Below are positions 8,210 to 16,503 of a stretch of DNA of 24,232 nucleotides, in pieces. This stretch comes from Halodesulfurarchaeum sp. GTDB taxonomy: Archaea; Halobacteriota; Halobacteria; Halobacteriales; Halobacteriaceae. The notes below the pieces were generated by a model, which was not told the DNA's origin, did not search any database, and saw only the letters and a program-made list of their open reading frames with translations. Positions within the stretch are counted from its first letter, which is position 1. Every line of letters starts with the position of its first letter. The translations under genes and the position numbers were made by a program. The DNA lies in contig JBDGUI010000009.1 in assembly GCA_042216015.1 (NCBI GenBank), positions 1 through 24,232 of the forward strand, read 5' to 3'.

Positions 8210-9279
8210 TGCGCTCCGGGCGGCCGGGTGCTTCCATCGGCCCAGTTGACCGCCGGAATTCGGTCGCGCATCGAAACCACCTCGCCGATGACCGTCGTCG
8301 CCGGGGGCTCGATTCCCGTCGAATCGGCCCGGTCGACGATCGTCCCGAGGGTCCCCGTCACGGTCTGTTGCTGGTCCCAGGTGACCTTCTCGATCATCGC
8401 GGTGGGCACGTCGTCGGGAACGCCCCGGTCCCGGAGCCGTGCGACGTAATCCGGGAGGCGCTTGACGCCCATGAGGACGATGAGGGTCTCCCCACCCGCG
8501 ACCCGTTCCGCCAGCGCGTCCCAGTCGACGTGACTCTCGGTCTTCCCGGCGGCCTCGTGGCCGGTGATAACCGTGAAACTCGAGGAGATGTCACGGTGAG
8601 TGACCGGGATGCCGGCCAGTTCAGGCGCCGCGACCACGCTCGTGATCCCGGGTACCACTCGGAACGGCACGTCGTGCTGGGCGAGATATTCGGCCTCCTC
8701 GCCCCCGCGACCGAAGACGACGGGGTCGCCACCTTTCAGCCGAACGACAGAGTCCCCCTCCTTGGCCCGGCCAACCATCAAGTCGTGAATGTCCGCTTGC
8801 GTGGTCCGGGGCTCGGTTCGTTTGCCCACGTCGATGCACTCGACCCCGGCGAGCGAGTGGATAATCGCGGCACTCGTCAGCGAGTCGTAGAGCACGACGT
8901 CCGCGGTGCCCAGCAACCGCCAGGCCCGAACCGTCAACAGCCCCGGATCGCCCGGCCCTGCGCCGACGAGTGCGATCGATCCGGATTCGCCTGGCCACAG
9001 CTCCGCGGGATTCTCGCCCGAACCAGTCCGAGCGAGCCCACCGATTGTCTTCGTGTGACCCACCCCCTCGACGAGCTGGCCGTTCAGGCGCGTCATCGCC
9101 CGGCCCACCGCGGGCTTCGGGGTGTCCGTACTGATCGTTCCCCCTGGAACGGGAACGGCTCCAACTGCCGGCCCCGCTCCTTCGCTCGACGGATCGCCAG
9201 ACGACGGCGGTTTCGTGCCCCTCCCATCAGCCGACGATGGGCCACGAGCCTGCCTGGGTCCGTCCCGTGACTGTTCCAT
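8206..9279 (-). CDS. cobA: Uroporphyrinogen-III C-methyltransferase (SUMT) with about 100-aa N-terminal extension
   Basis: Motifs LVGAGPGDPGLLT, ADVVLYDSL, DVGKR, VVRLKGGDPVVFGRGGEE, PGITS, GIPVTHR and LMG. ATG 9279 has TTTAAT at -29 to -34; alternative start is ATG 9096. Confidence 0.92.
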   Translation of the reverse strand: MEQSRDGPRQARGPSSADGRGTKPPSSGDPSSEGAGPAVGAVPVPGGTISTDTPKPAVGRAMTRLNGQLVEGVGHTKTIGGLARTGSGENPAELWPGESGSIALVGAGPGDPGLLTVRAWRLLGTADVVLYDSLTSAAIIHSLAGVECIDVGKRTEPRTTQADIHDLMVGRAKEGDSVVRLKGGDPVVFGRGGEEAEYLAQHDVPFRVVPGITSVVAAPELAGIPVTHRDISSSFTVITGHEAAGKTESHVDWDALAERVAGGETLIVLMGVKRLPDYVARLRDRGVPDDVPTAMIEKVTWDQQQTVTGTLGTIVDRADSTGIEPPATTVIGEVVSMRDRIPAVNWADGSTRPPGAQ

Positions 9280-9304
9280 CCTTCCGTAACGGTCCACGGC
9301 CGAC

Positions 9305-9349
9305 CCTATTAAATCTAATTTTATTTATCGCAACCATAATTGTTTTAAT
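9305..9349. promoter_or_regulatory. Divergent promoter region between cobA and cbiM, containing a CAA-N6-TTG element
   Basis: AT-rich patch. Minus-strand TTTAAT (9308-9313) serves cobA; plus-strand TTTTAAT (9343-9349), 26-32 nt before cbiM ATG 9375, is directly preceded by CAACCATAATTG (9331-9342). Confidence 0.75.
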
Positions 9350-9374
9350 GAGGGGTCGAGAAAACCCAGCTATC

Positions 9375-10037
9375 ATGCACATCGCAGAGGGGTTTTTGCC
9401 CCCGCTCTGGGCGGCGTTCTGGGCCCTCTTCTCGCTCCCGGTCGTCGCCTACGGCACCTATCGGGTGGCGAAGTTCGCCCGTGAATCGCCCGATCGGATG
9501 GCAATGCTGGCACTCGCCGGGGCCTTCATGTTCGTGCTCTCGGCGCTCAAGTTGCCCTCGGTCACCGGGAGCACCTCCCACCCGACCGGGACCGGGATCG
9601 CCATCGTCCTGTTCGGCCCGGCCGTTACGGCGGTTTTATCGACCATCGTCTTGCTCTATCAGGCCCTTCTGCTCGCCCACGGGGGTCTCACCACCCTGGG
9701 AGCCAACGTGGCCTCGATGGGGATTATCGGCCCGTTCGTCGGCTGGCTCGGATATCGTCTCTTCAGGGACCGCTCGGGCGTCGTCACCGGCACCTTCGTG
9801 GCCACGGTTCTGGCAGACTGGTCGACCTACCTCGTCACGTCCGTCCAACTCGGGGCCGCGTTTCCAGCGGGGGATGGAATCGGCGGGGTACTCGCGGCGA
9901 GCGGGAACTTCGCCGCGATCTTCGCGGTGACCCAGCTCCCGATCGGGTTGGTCGAGGGGGTGATCGCCGCCGCCATGATCAAACAGCTCGTCGCCGTCAG
10001 GCCGGCCGTCGAAGCGAAGCTGGGGGTGGCATCATGA
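9375..10037 (+). CDS. cbiM: Cobalt ECF transporter substrate-binding component CbiM
   Basis: Start reassigned to ATG 9375, giving the canonical metal-binding N-terminus MHIAEGFLP. Also LSALKLPSVTGSTSHPTG and QALLLAHGGLTTLGAN. Confidence 0.95.
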   Translation: MHIAEGFLPPLWAAFWALFSLPVVAYGTYRVAKFARESPDRMAMLALAGAFMFVLSALKLPSVTGSTSHPTGTGIAIVLFGPAVTAVLSTIVLLYQALLLAHGGLTTLGANVASMGIIGPFVGWLGYRLFRDRSGVVTGTFVATVLADWSTYLVTSVQLGAAFPAGDGIGGVLAASGNFAAIFAVTQLPIGLVEGVIAAAMIKQLVAVRPAVEAKLGVAS

Positions 10038-10297
10038 ACCGGCTGGGGATGCTCGCCGGGATACTTCTGCTCGGGCTCTTGTTCGTCCCGATTGTCGCCC
10101 CCGGGCTGGGAACCTGGGGCGGCTCAGATGGGGCCGGCATGGAGGCCCTTTCGACCCACAATCCCGAGTACGAGACCTGGTTCGATCCAGTCTGGAGGCC
10201 CCCGTCCGGGGAGATCGAGTCCGCACTCTTCAGCCTCCAGGCGGCCGTGGGCGGGGCAATCATCGGTTACTACCTGAACGCCGCACCGCAGGACTGA
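10034..10297 (+). CDS. cbiN: Cobalt ECF transporter component CbiN
   Basis: Two TM helices flanking WGGSD...YETWFDPVWRPPSGEIESALFSLQAA.G...IGY, the CbiN signature. Confidence 0.93.
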   Translation: MNRLGMLAGILLLGLLFVPIVAPGLGTWGGSDGAGMEALSTHNPEYETWFDPVWRPPSGEIESALFSLQAAVGGAIIGYYLNAAPQD

Positions 10298-10298
10298 C

Positions 10299-11024
10299 AT
10301 GCACGAGACACTCGAGGGCGTCCAACAGACTGCCACACCGGCGATACGGGGGCCGTTACAGGTTTCGCTGGTTCTTTTCGCCCTCGGGATGACGATCACG
10401 GCCCCCTCACGACTGGCCCAGATGGCGACGGCCGCCGTCTTTCTGGGGCTCGGGATCGACGCCGTCGGGGTTCGCCCACTCCGATGGCTCTCGGTTCCGG
10501 TCGTCTTTCTCGCGCCCGGGGTGTTCGTCATTATGGTCACTCGGCCCGGAAACGTCCTCTTCGCGCTGGGGCCACTGTCCGTGACTCACGGTGGACTCGA
10601 CACGGCGATCGACACGCTCAGCCGGTCGATTTCCTCGATCGTCGTGGCGAGCTTCCTGATCGCCTCCACACCCATCTCGACGGTAATCGCGACCCTCAGA
10701 CGGGCGGGACTGCCCGCAGTGCTCGTTGAACTGTTGCTCTACATCTACCGAGGGATCGCCATCGTCCTCGCGGAGGCCGAACGAATGCGGACCGCCGCTA
10801 CTGCCCGACTGGGATATCGAAGCCGACGAACCACCCTCCGAACGACCACGCTCCTCGCCTCGTCGCTGTTCGTTCGAACCTTCGACAGCATCGGAACCCT
10901 CGGCGAGGCGATGCGGGCCCGGAACTATTCGGGGTCGCCGCCCGCCGCTGCCGCGGTCGAAAGCCGGGGGTACGGTCTCGCGGCCGCGGTCGCGCTCTTC
11001 CTCGTGGGGGTGCGAGTAGTGTGA
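10299..11024 (+). CDS. cbiQ: Cobalt ECF transporter T component CbiQ
   Basis: Hydrophobic protein with STP and YIYR motifs and two ARx coupling motifs (TARLG, RARNY); lies between cbiN and the ATPase. Confidence 0.88.
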   Translation: MHETLEGVQQTATPAIRGPLQVSLVLFALGMTITAPSRLAQMATAAVFLGLGIDAVGVRPLRWLSVPVVFLAPGVFVIMVTRPGNVLFALGPLSVTHGGLDTAIDTLSRSISSIVVASFLIASTPISTVIATLRRAGLPAVLVELLLYIYRGIAIVLAEAERMRTAATARLGYRSRRTTLRTTTLLASSLFVRTFDSIGTLGEAMRARNYSGSPPAAAAVESRGYGLAAAVALFLVGVRVV

Positions 11025-11725
11025 CACTCGCGGCTGAGGGAGTTCGTTTCGGGTACCACGAGACCGAGGTGCTGCGGGGAGTCGATTTCACAGCACACTC
11101 GGACGACGTGACGGCGCTTCTGGGGCCGAACGGGGCGGGAAAATCGACGCTCCTCAAACAGTTCAACGGCCTCCTTCGGCCGGATTCCGGGCGGGTGCTC
11201 GTCGATGGCGAACCGGTGACCGAGGAGGAAAAGAGACTGCGCGAGGTGCGCCGGCAGGTCGGTTTCGTCTTCCAGAACCCCACCGACCAGCTGCTCGCGC
11301 CAACGGTTCGCCAGGATGTCTCCTTCGGCCCGCGAAACGTCGGAATCGCCGAGGAGGTCGACGTCGATGCCGTGCTCGCACGTGTCGGGCTCCCCGACGC
11401 TGGCGGTCGGCACCCGCACACGATGAGCAACGGCGAGCAAAAGCGAGTCGCTCTGGCCGGTGTGCTGGCGATGAATCCCGACTACGTCGTCATGGACGAA
11501 CCGACGGCAGGACTCGACGGGGAGGGGGCAAAGCGCTTCGTCGACCTCGTCGAATCGCTCCTCGCGGATGGGGTGACGGTCTTGCTCTCGACTCACCACG
11601 TCGGGTTCGCGAGGTCCGTGGCAGACCGACTCGCCGTCCTCCACGGGGGAGAGATAGTCTACGAAGGGAGGGACATCGACCGGGATACCGCCGACCAGTA
11701 TGGACTGCGGACCTGGGCACTTTGA
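11021..11725 (+). CDS. cbiO: Cobalt ECF transporter ATPase CbiO
   Basis: GTG start; Walker A GPNGAGKST, Q-loop FQNP.DQL, signature MSNGEQKR, Walker B VMDEPTAGLD and H-loop STH. Confidence 0.92.
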   Translation: MTLAAEGVRFGYHETEVLRGVDFTAHSDDVTALLGPNGAGKSTLLKQFNGLLRPDSGRVLVDGEPVTEEEKRLREVRRQVGFVFQNPTDQLLAPTVRQDVSFGPRNVGIAEEVDVDAVLARVGLPDAGGRHPHTMSNGEQKRVALAGVLAMNPDYVVMDEPTAGLDGEGAKRFVDLVESLLADGVTVLLSTHHVGFARSVADRLAVLHGGEIVYEGRDIDRDTADQYGLRTWAL

Positions 11726-11758
11726 GCGGACAATTACGAAGATGTATTTGTGCTATTC

Positions 11759-11777
11759 CAAACGCAATTGTTTTAAT
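11759..11777 (+). promoter_or_regulatory. Promoter of the cbiT-X operon with a CAA-N6-TTG element
   Basis: CAAACGCAATTG (11759-11770) is followed by TTTTAAT (11771-11777), 24-30 nt before ATG 11801. AATTGTTTTAAT is identical to the cbiM promoter. Confidence 0.75.
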
Positions 11778-11800
11778 CGGTCCCCCGGTTGACTGAAACG

Positions 11801-12355
11801 ATGGGAGGGATCTCGCTACCAGAATCGACGGCGCCGGGGCCGACGAAACCCGAAGTCCGGGCGATTCTCCTGCAGACGTTCGACCTCGGGCCCGAAGATC
11901 ACTTCGTCGACGTGGGTGCCGGAACCGGGGCCGTCACGATCGAGGCCGCACAGACCGGCGCGCAGGTGACGGCCATCGAACGTGACCCAAACCGGGTCGA
12001 CGCGATCGAGTCGAATCTCGCGGCCTCCGAATACGAGGGATCTGTCACCCTCGAGACCACCACAGCTCCGGACGGACTCCCGGATGACGCCGATGCGGTC
12101 TTCCTCGGCGGCACCCGGAATTTCGTGTCCGTGCTCGAGCGGGTGAACGAACTCGATCCGCGGATCGTCGTGCTCGACGCGGCTCGACTCGAGACCGCCA
12201 CGCGGGCCATCGAGGCCTTCGAAGAGCGACGATTCGATCCCACGGTACGGCGGATCTCGATCGGTCGCGGGGAGGACCTCGCGGGCGAAACCGCGATCGT
12301 TCCCGACCGCCCCGTCTACGTCATCAGTGGCCAGCCGAACGCGGGGGCGATATGA
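11801..12355 (+). CDS. cbiT: Cobalt-precorrin-6B C15-methyltransferase (decarboxylating)
   Basis: Motifs GPTKPEVRA, DVGAGTGAVTIE (SAM-binding) and DAVFLGG; ATG 11801 fits the TATA spacing. Confidence 0.9.
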   Translation: MGGISLPESTAPGPTKPEVRAILLQTFDLGPEDHFVDVGAGTGAVTIEAAQTGAQVTAIERDPNRVDAIESNLAASEYEGSVTLETTTAPDGLPDDADAVFLGGTRNFVSVLERVNELDPRIVVLDAARLETATRAIEAFEERRFDPTVRRISIGRGEDLAGETAIVPDRPVYVISGQPNAGAI

Positions 12356-13002
12356 CCCTCTACGGCGTCGGTCTCGGACCGGGCGATCCCGGGCTGGTGA
12401 CCGTGAAAGGGAGCCGGATCCTCGAGGAAGCCACGGCCGTGTTTGCCCCGGGCGATCTGGCTGAACGGCTGGCATCTCCCTATGCGGATTCGATCGAGCA
12501 GCTCGATTTTCCGATGACCGAGGATCAGACCGCCCTCGAAGCGGCGTGGGCCGACGCGGCGAAAACGGTCGCGCCGCTCGCCCGGGAGGGCACGGTTGCC
12601 TTCGCCACCGTCGGCGACCCGACCGTCTATTCGACCTTCGGACACCTCGAGAATGCTCTGCGGGGGTACCCCGAGGTGGAAATCCGGACCGTTCCGGGGG
12701 TAAGCGTTGTGACAGCCTTTACCACCGCAATGGACGCCCGGATCGACGAGTCCACCCTCGCGATCCGGGAGGCCAAAGCAGGCATTCCAGACCGGACTCC
12801 CGACCAGATGCTTCTCCTGAAGGTAACCGACGTGCCCGAAATTCATGCGGACCTGACCGAGGCGGGATACGACGTGACCTTCGGCCGCCGGCTGTTCATG
12901 GACGAACCGACGATCACGACCGATCCGACAGCCCTGCGGGGGTCGGATTATTTCACAGTCGCCTACGCCGAACAGTCGACTGCCGGGGAGGTGCACCGAT
13001 GA
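12352..13002 (+). CDS. cbiL: Cobalt-factor II / precorrin-2 C20-methyltransferase
   Basis: Motifs LYGVGLGPGDPGLVTVK, LDFPMT, AFATVGDPTVYSTF, VPGVS and LLKV. Confidence 0.9.
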   Translation: MTLYGVGLGPGDPGLVTVKGSRILEEATAVFAPGDLAERLASPYADSIEQLDFPMTEDQTALEAAWADAAKTVAPLAREGTVAFATVGDPTVYSTFGHLENALRGYPEVEIRTVPGVSVVTAFTTAMDARIDESTLAIREAKAGIPDRTPDQMLLLKVTDVPEIHADLTEAGYDVTFGRRLFMDEPTITTDPTALRGSDYFTVAYAEQSTAGEVHR

Positions 13003-13820
13003 CGAAACTCCCGTGGGAGCCAGGCGAGGGAATCCCCTTCGTCGGGGCCGGGCCGGGAAATCCGAAACTCATCACGGTGGCCGGTCGGGAGGCACTCGAA
13101 AGCGCGGATCTGGTCGTCCACGCCGGCTCGCTCGTCAACAGCGAGATTCTCGACACGTACGCGCCCGATGCCCGCCACGTGGACAGCGCGGGGAAGGAAC
13201 TCGAAACGCTCGTTGAACTGATGGCGTCCGCGTCCAACGACGGCGAACGCGTCGTCCGACTTCACAGCGGCGATCCCTCCATTTTCGGCGCCGCACTGGA
13301 GCAGATGGACGCGCTGGCCGAGCGAGACGTGCCCGCGTACCTGATTCCGGGGGTCACTGCCGCGTTCGCCGCGAGTGCGGCGCTTGGCTCCCAACTCACC
13401 CTTTCGGGGATCGCCAATCACGTCGCCATCACCCGCCCGCAGGGCCGGACCCTCGACGCCGAAAACGACCACGTGACGGAGTTCGTCGGGATGGGCGACG
13501 TGACGACGGCCGTGTATCTCGGTACTCACGCGATCGAGGAGACGATGGACCGGTTGCTCGACGCGGGCGAGGACCCCGACACGCCGGTCGCCGTGGTCTA
13601 TCACGCCTCCTGGCCGGACCAGGACGTTCTCACCGGAACGATCGGCGAGATCGCCGGGACGGTCGCGGAGGCCGGCTACGAATCGAGTGCGCTCGTCCTG
13701 ATCGGGGAGGCAGTTACCGGGGGGGACTACGAGCGTTCGCATCTGTACGGTAGATGGGCGAGAGACGATTCAACCGACGCGACGGACGGGCCGGCCGAAG
13801 AATCCGGTGATCGAACGTGA
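12999..13820 (+). CDS. cbiF: Cobalt-precorrin-4 C11-methyltransferase (CbiF/CobM)
   Basis: ATG 12999 (ATGA overlap, GGAGGTG at 12987-12993). Motifs FVGAGPGNPKLITVAG, AGSLVN, VVRLHSGDPSIFGAALEQ, TPVAVVYHASWPD and SHLY. Confidence 0.93.
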   Translation: MTKLPWEPGEGIPFVGAGPGNPKLITVAGREALESADLVVHAGSLVNSEILDTYAPDARHVDSAGKELETLVELMASASNDGERVVRLHSGDPSIFGAALEQMDALAERDVPAYLIPGVTAAFAASAALGSQLTLSGIANHVAITRPQGRTLDAENDHVTEFVGMGDVTTAVYLGTHAIEETMDRLLDAGEDPDTPVAVVYHASWPDQDVLTGTIGEIAGTVAEAGYESSALVLIGEAVTGGDYERSHLYGRWARDDSTDATDGPAEESGDRT

Positions 13821-14734
13821 CTGGAGCCAAGCGCGTCGAGACGATCGCGATCGTGGCCTTCGAACGCGACCGAGACGATGCCGCCGACCTCGAAACGGCT
13901 CTTTCGGCCCCCGATCGAACGGTGGAGGTCACCCCCTACGAGGACGGCGTCTTCGAGGCGGTCTGGGATCGAGACGCCCTCGTGACGCTCATGGCGAGTG
14001 GCATCGTCGTCCGGAAGATCGCTCCGCTGCTCGCCGACAAGTGGGACGATCCGGCCGTCGTGGCAGTGGACACCGAGTTCACGTGGGCGATCCCACTCGT
14101 GGGCGGCCATCACGGCGCAAACAGACTTGCCGAGGAGCTGGCGGATCTCGGGGCCGTCCCGGCGGTGACGACGGCGACCGAGGCCGCCGGCAAACAGGCC
14201 GTTGAGGGCCAGGCAGACGCACTGGGGGCAACCATCGAGACGCCAGACTCGACGGTCGCGACGAACATGGCGGTGCTCCGGGACGAGCTGGGACCGGTCG
14301 AGCGGCTGGATGGCCCACGGGCGGTGCTCGTTTCAGAGGACGTGACGGTGCTCCGACGAACCGGCCCAGGCGAGCTGGTCCTGGGGACGGGATGCCGGGA
14401 GGGGACCGACGCGGAGACCTGCCGGTTGGCCTGGCTCGAGGCGCTCGAAGCGGTCGGCAGCGAGATCGAAGACGTCGAGTTCGTCGCGACGGGCGAGGTC
14501 AAAGCAGACGAGTCCGGCCTCCAGGACGCGGCAGCCGCCCTCGACCTCGGGCTCGTCGCCTTCGGGAAGGAGACGCTGGAGCAGTTCGCGGGGCCGAGCG
14601 AGTCGATGGCGCCGGAGCTGATCGACTGGCCGGGCGTCGCGGAGGCGAGCGCGATCGCCGGCGGCCGCGAGCACGAGTTGCTCGCGGCGAAGCAACGATT
14701 CGAGGAATTGGTCACGGTGGCGATCGGCCGATGA
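13817..14734 (+). CDS. cbiG: Cobalt-precorrin-5A hydrolase
   Basis: Motifs MASGIVVRKIAPLL.DKWDDPAVVAVD, GGHHGAN, VTTATE, LGTGC, GVAEASA and VTVAI. Confidence 0.93.
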   Translation: MTGAKRVETIAIVAFERDRDDAADLETALSAPDRTVEVTPYEDGVFEAVWDRDALVTLMASGIVVRKIAPLLADKWDDPAVVAVDTEFTWAIPLVGGHHGANRLAEELADLGAVPAVTTATEAAGKQAVEGQADALGATIETPDSTVATNMAVLRDELGPVERLDGPRAVLVSEDVTVLRRTGPGELVLGTGCREGTDAETCRLAWLEALEAVGSEIEDVEFVATGEVKADESGLQDAAAALDLGLVAFGKETLEQFAGPSESMAPELIDWPGVAEASAIAGGREHELLAAKQRFEELVTVAIGR

Positions 14735-15609
14735 CTCAGTGGCCACGGGCCGAGCACGTCTCCCGACCTGGATCCCGGCGGTCGGTTATAGAAGGGCTGG
14801 GGATACTCAAGATCGTCGGGATCGGGCCCGGCCTGCCGGACCAGCTGACAGAACGAGCCCGCGGGGCGATCCGCACGGCCGACGCGGTCTATGCGGCCCC
14901 GCTATATCGGGAGTTGCTGGCACAGGACGGCTTGCTGTCCGGGGCAGGAGCGACCGATGGGCCCGAGGTCCTCAACTCCTCCCGACGGGATTTCGAGGCT
15001 CAGGCCAGACAGACGTTCGAACGGGTCGAGGCCGGGGAGACCGTCGTTCACGTCTCCGGCGGCGATCCCACCGTCTACGGCAAGTCCGACTTGCTCGTGG
15101 CGCTTGCCGAAACCGACGCGCAGGGTGAGATTCCGATCGAGGTGATCCCCGGCGTGACCGCGGCTCTCGCAGGCGCTGCTGCCCTCGGCGCCCCACTCTC
15201 GAACGATTTCAGTACGATTTCGCTCTCGACGAGCCGACGGGAGCAAGCCGAGATCGACCGGAAACTCGAGGCCGCGACCGCGGCCGGATTCGTCATCGCC
15301 CTGTACAATTGCTGGCGCTCCCTCGACGGAGCCCTCGAGACGATCCGGGAACATCGCGCCGATTCGGTCCCGGTCGCCCTGCTCGCTGACGTCGGCCGTG
15401 GGGATCAGGGCCGGGCAGCGGATGGCGAGACGGTGACAGTATCGACGCTCGGCGAGGCGGCCGAAAAGCTCTCGCCGGAGACACCTGGCACCCTCGCCAT
15501 CGTGGGAACCGAAGACTCACAGGTGCTTCGGCCCGCTGGCGGCGGGCGGCCGTTTCTGGTGACCCCGCGAGGCGACGAGACCGACATGCAGGCATTCGAT
15601 TTACAATGA
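14731..15609 (+). CDS. cbiH: Precorrin-3B / cobalt-factor III C17-methyltransferase family protein, divergent paralog
   Basis: ATG 14731 overlaps the cbiG stop. Motifs IVGIGPG, HVSGGDPTVYG, IPGVTA, LGAPLSND, ALYN and LVTPRG; several CbiH core residues are altered (see findings). Confidence 0.8.
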   Translation: MTQWPRAEHVSRPGSRRSVIEGLGILKIVGIGPGLPDQLTERARGAIRTADAVYAAPLYRELLAQDGLLSGAGATDGPEVLNSSRRDFEAQARQTFERVEAGETVVHVSGGDPTVYGKSDLLVALAETDAQGEIPIEVIPGVTAALAGAAALGAPLSNDFSTISLSTSRREQAEIDRKLEAATAAGFVIALYNCWRSLDGALETIREHRADSVPVALLADVGRGDQGRAADGETVTVSTLGEAAEKLSPETPGTLAIVGTEDSQVLRPAGGGRPFLVTPRGDETDMQAFDLQ

Positions 15610-16454
15610 CCGAGACAGCTCCCGAACCCCCCGACTCTGAGAAAGACGAGCCGTCCACCGAGACGAATCACCCGGCTGAAACCACCGGACGGCTGCTCGC
15701 CGTCGGCCTCGGCCCGGGCCATCCAGAGGGGATGACCCTCCGGACCCGGGAGGCACTCGAATCAGTCGACCACATCGTCGGCTACGAGACTTACGTCGAC
15801 CTGCTGCCGGAGGCCCTCATCGAAGGCGCCGAGGACGTCTACGCGACGGGGATGGGGACGGAAGTCTCCCGCACCGAGTCGGCCGTCGATCGGGCCCTCG
15901 ACGGGTTCGACGTCGCGCTGATCGGCAGCGGCGACCCGAACGTCTACGCACTCGGCGGGCTGGTGCTGGAGGTGCTCGAATCCAGGGGAATCGAGCCCGA
16001 TGCCGTGGGATTCGAGGTCGTTCCCGGCGTTCCCGCTGCCCAGTCGAGTGCGGCCCGGCTCGGCGCGCCGCTGGTCAACGACGCAGTGACGATCAGCCTC
16101 TCCGACCATCTCACTACCATCGAGGAGATCGAATCGCGGCTCCGGGCCGTCGCCCCCGAGGGGTTTGCCCTCGCGATCTACAACCCCTGGAGTCCCAGTC
16201 GGAGAGAGAACTTCCAGCTGGCCTGCGAGATCCTGCTGGAACACCGACCGCCCGACACCCCGGTCGGCATCGTTCGCGGCGCCGGCCGGGAGAACGAACA
16301 GACCCACCTCACCGACCTGGAGACTCTCCCCGAGTTGGGGGGCTCGGACGTGCTCGACATGACTTCGACGATCATCGTCGGGACCGCGGAGACCCGGGTC
16401 TGGGGGGATCGACTACTCACCCCCCGTGGCTACGAGCGCAAGTACGACTACTGA
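15606..16454 (+). CDS. cbiH: Precorrin-3B / cobalt-factor III C17-methyltransferase (CbiH/CobJ)
   Basis: Motifs VGLGPG, IVGYETYV, GMGTEVSR, GSGDPNVY, GAPLVND, SLSD, IYNP, TPVGIV, DMTSTIIVG and TPRGY. Confidence 0.92.
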   Translation: MTETAPEPPDSEKDEPSTETNHPAETTGRLLAVGLGPGHPEGMTLRTREALESVDHIVGYETYVDLLPEALIEGAEDVYATGMGTEVSRTESAVDRALDGFDVALIGSGDPNVYALGGLVLEVLESRGIEPDAVGFEVVPGVPAAQSSAARLGAPLVNDAVTISLSDHLTTIEEIESRLRAVAPEGFALAIYNPWSPSRRENFQLACEILLEHRPPDTPVGIVRGAGRENEQTHLTDLETLPELGGSDVLDMTSTIIVGTAETRVWGDRLLTPRGYERKYDY

Positions 16455-16503
16455 CCATCCCACCCGATCGACTGCCAACGAATACCGATCGATCCGTGTC
16501 ACA

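Noticed and set aside
8980..9374. Possible cobalamin riboswitch upstream of cobA or cbiM
   Set aside because: No B12-box or GGGAA...GCCACTG core is visible on either strand, and TATA-to-ATG spacing implies leaderless transcripts. An Infernal/Rfam scan would be the formal test.
11423..11437. Non-canonical ABC signature MSNGE in CbiO
   Set aside because: ECF ATPases tolerate variation in the LSGGQ/E motif, and the Walker A/B, Q-loop and H-loop are intact.
12546..12998. ORF-track N-terminal extensions of cbiF (from 12546), cbiH (14392), cbiM (9237), cbiX (16426) and the DUF5817-like gene (6318)
   Set aside because: They overlap neighbouring genes or promoters. Downstream ATGs fit the family N-termini, ATGA overlaps, SD motifs or TATA spacing better.
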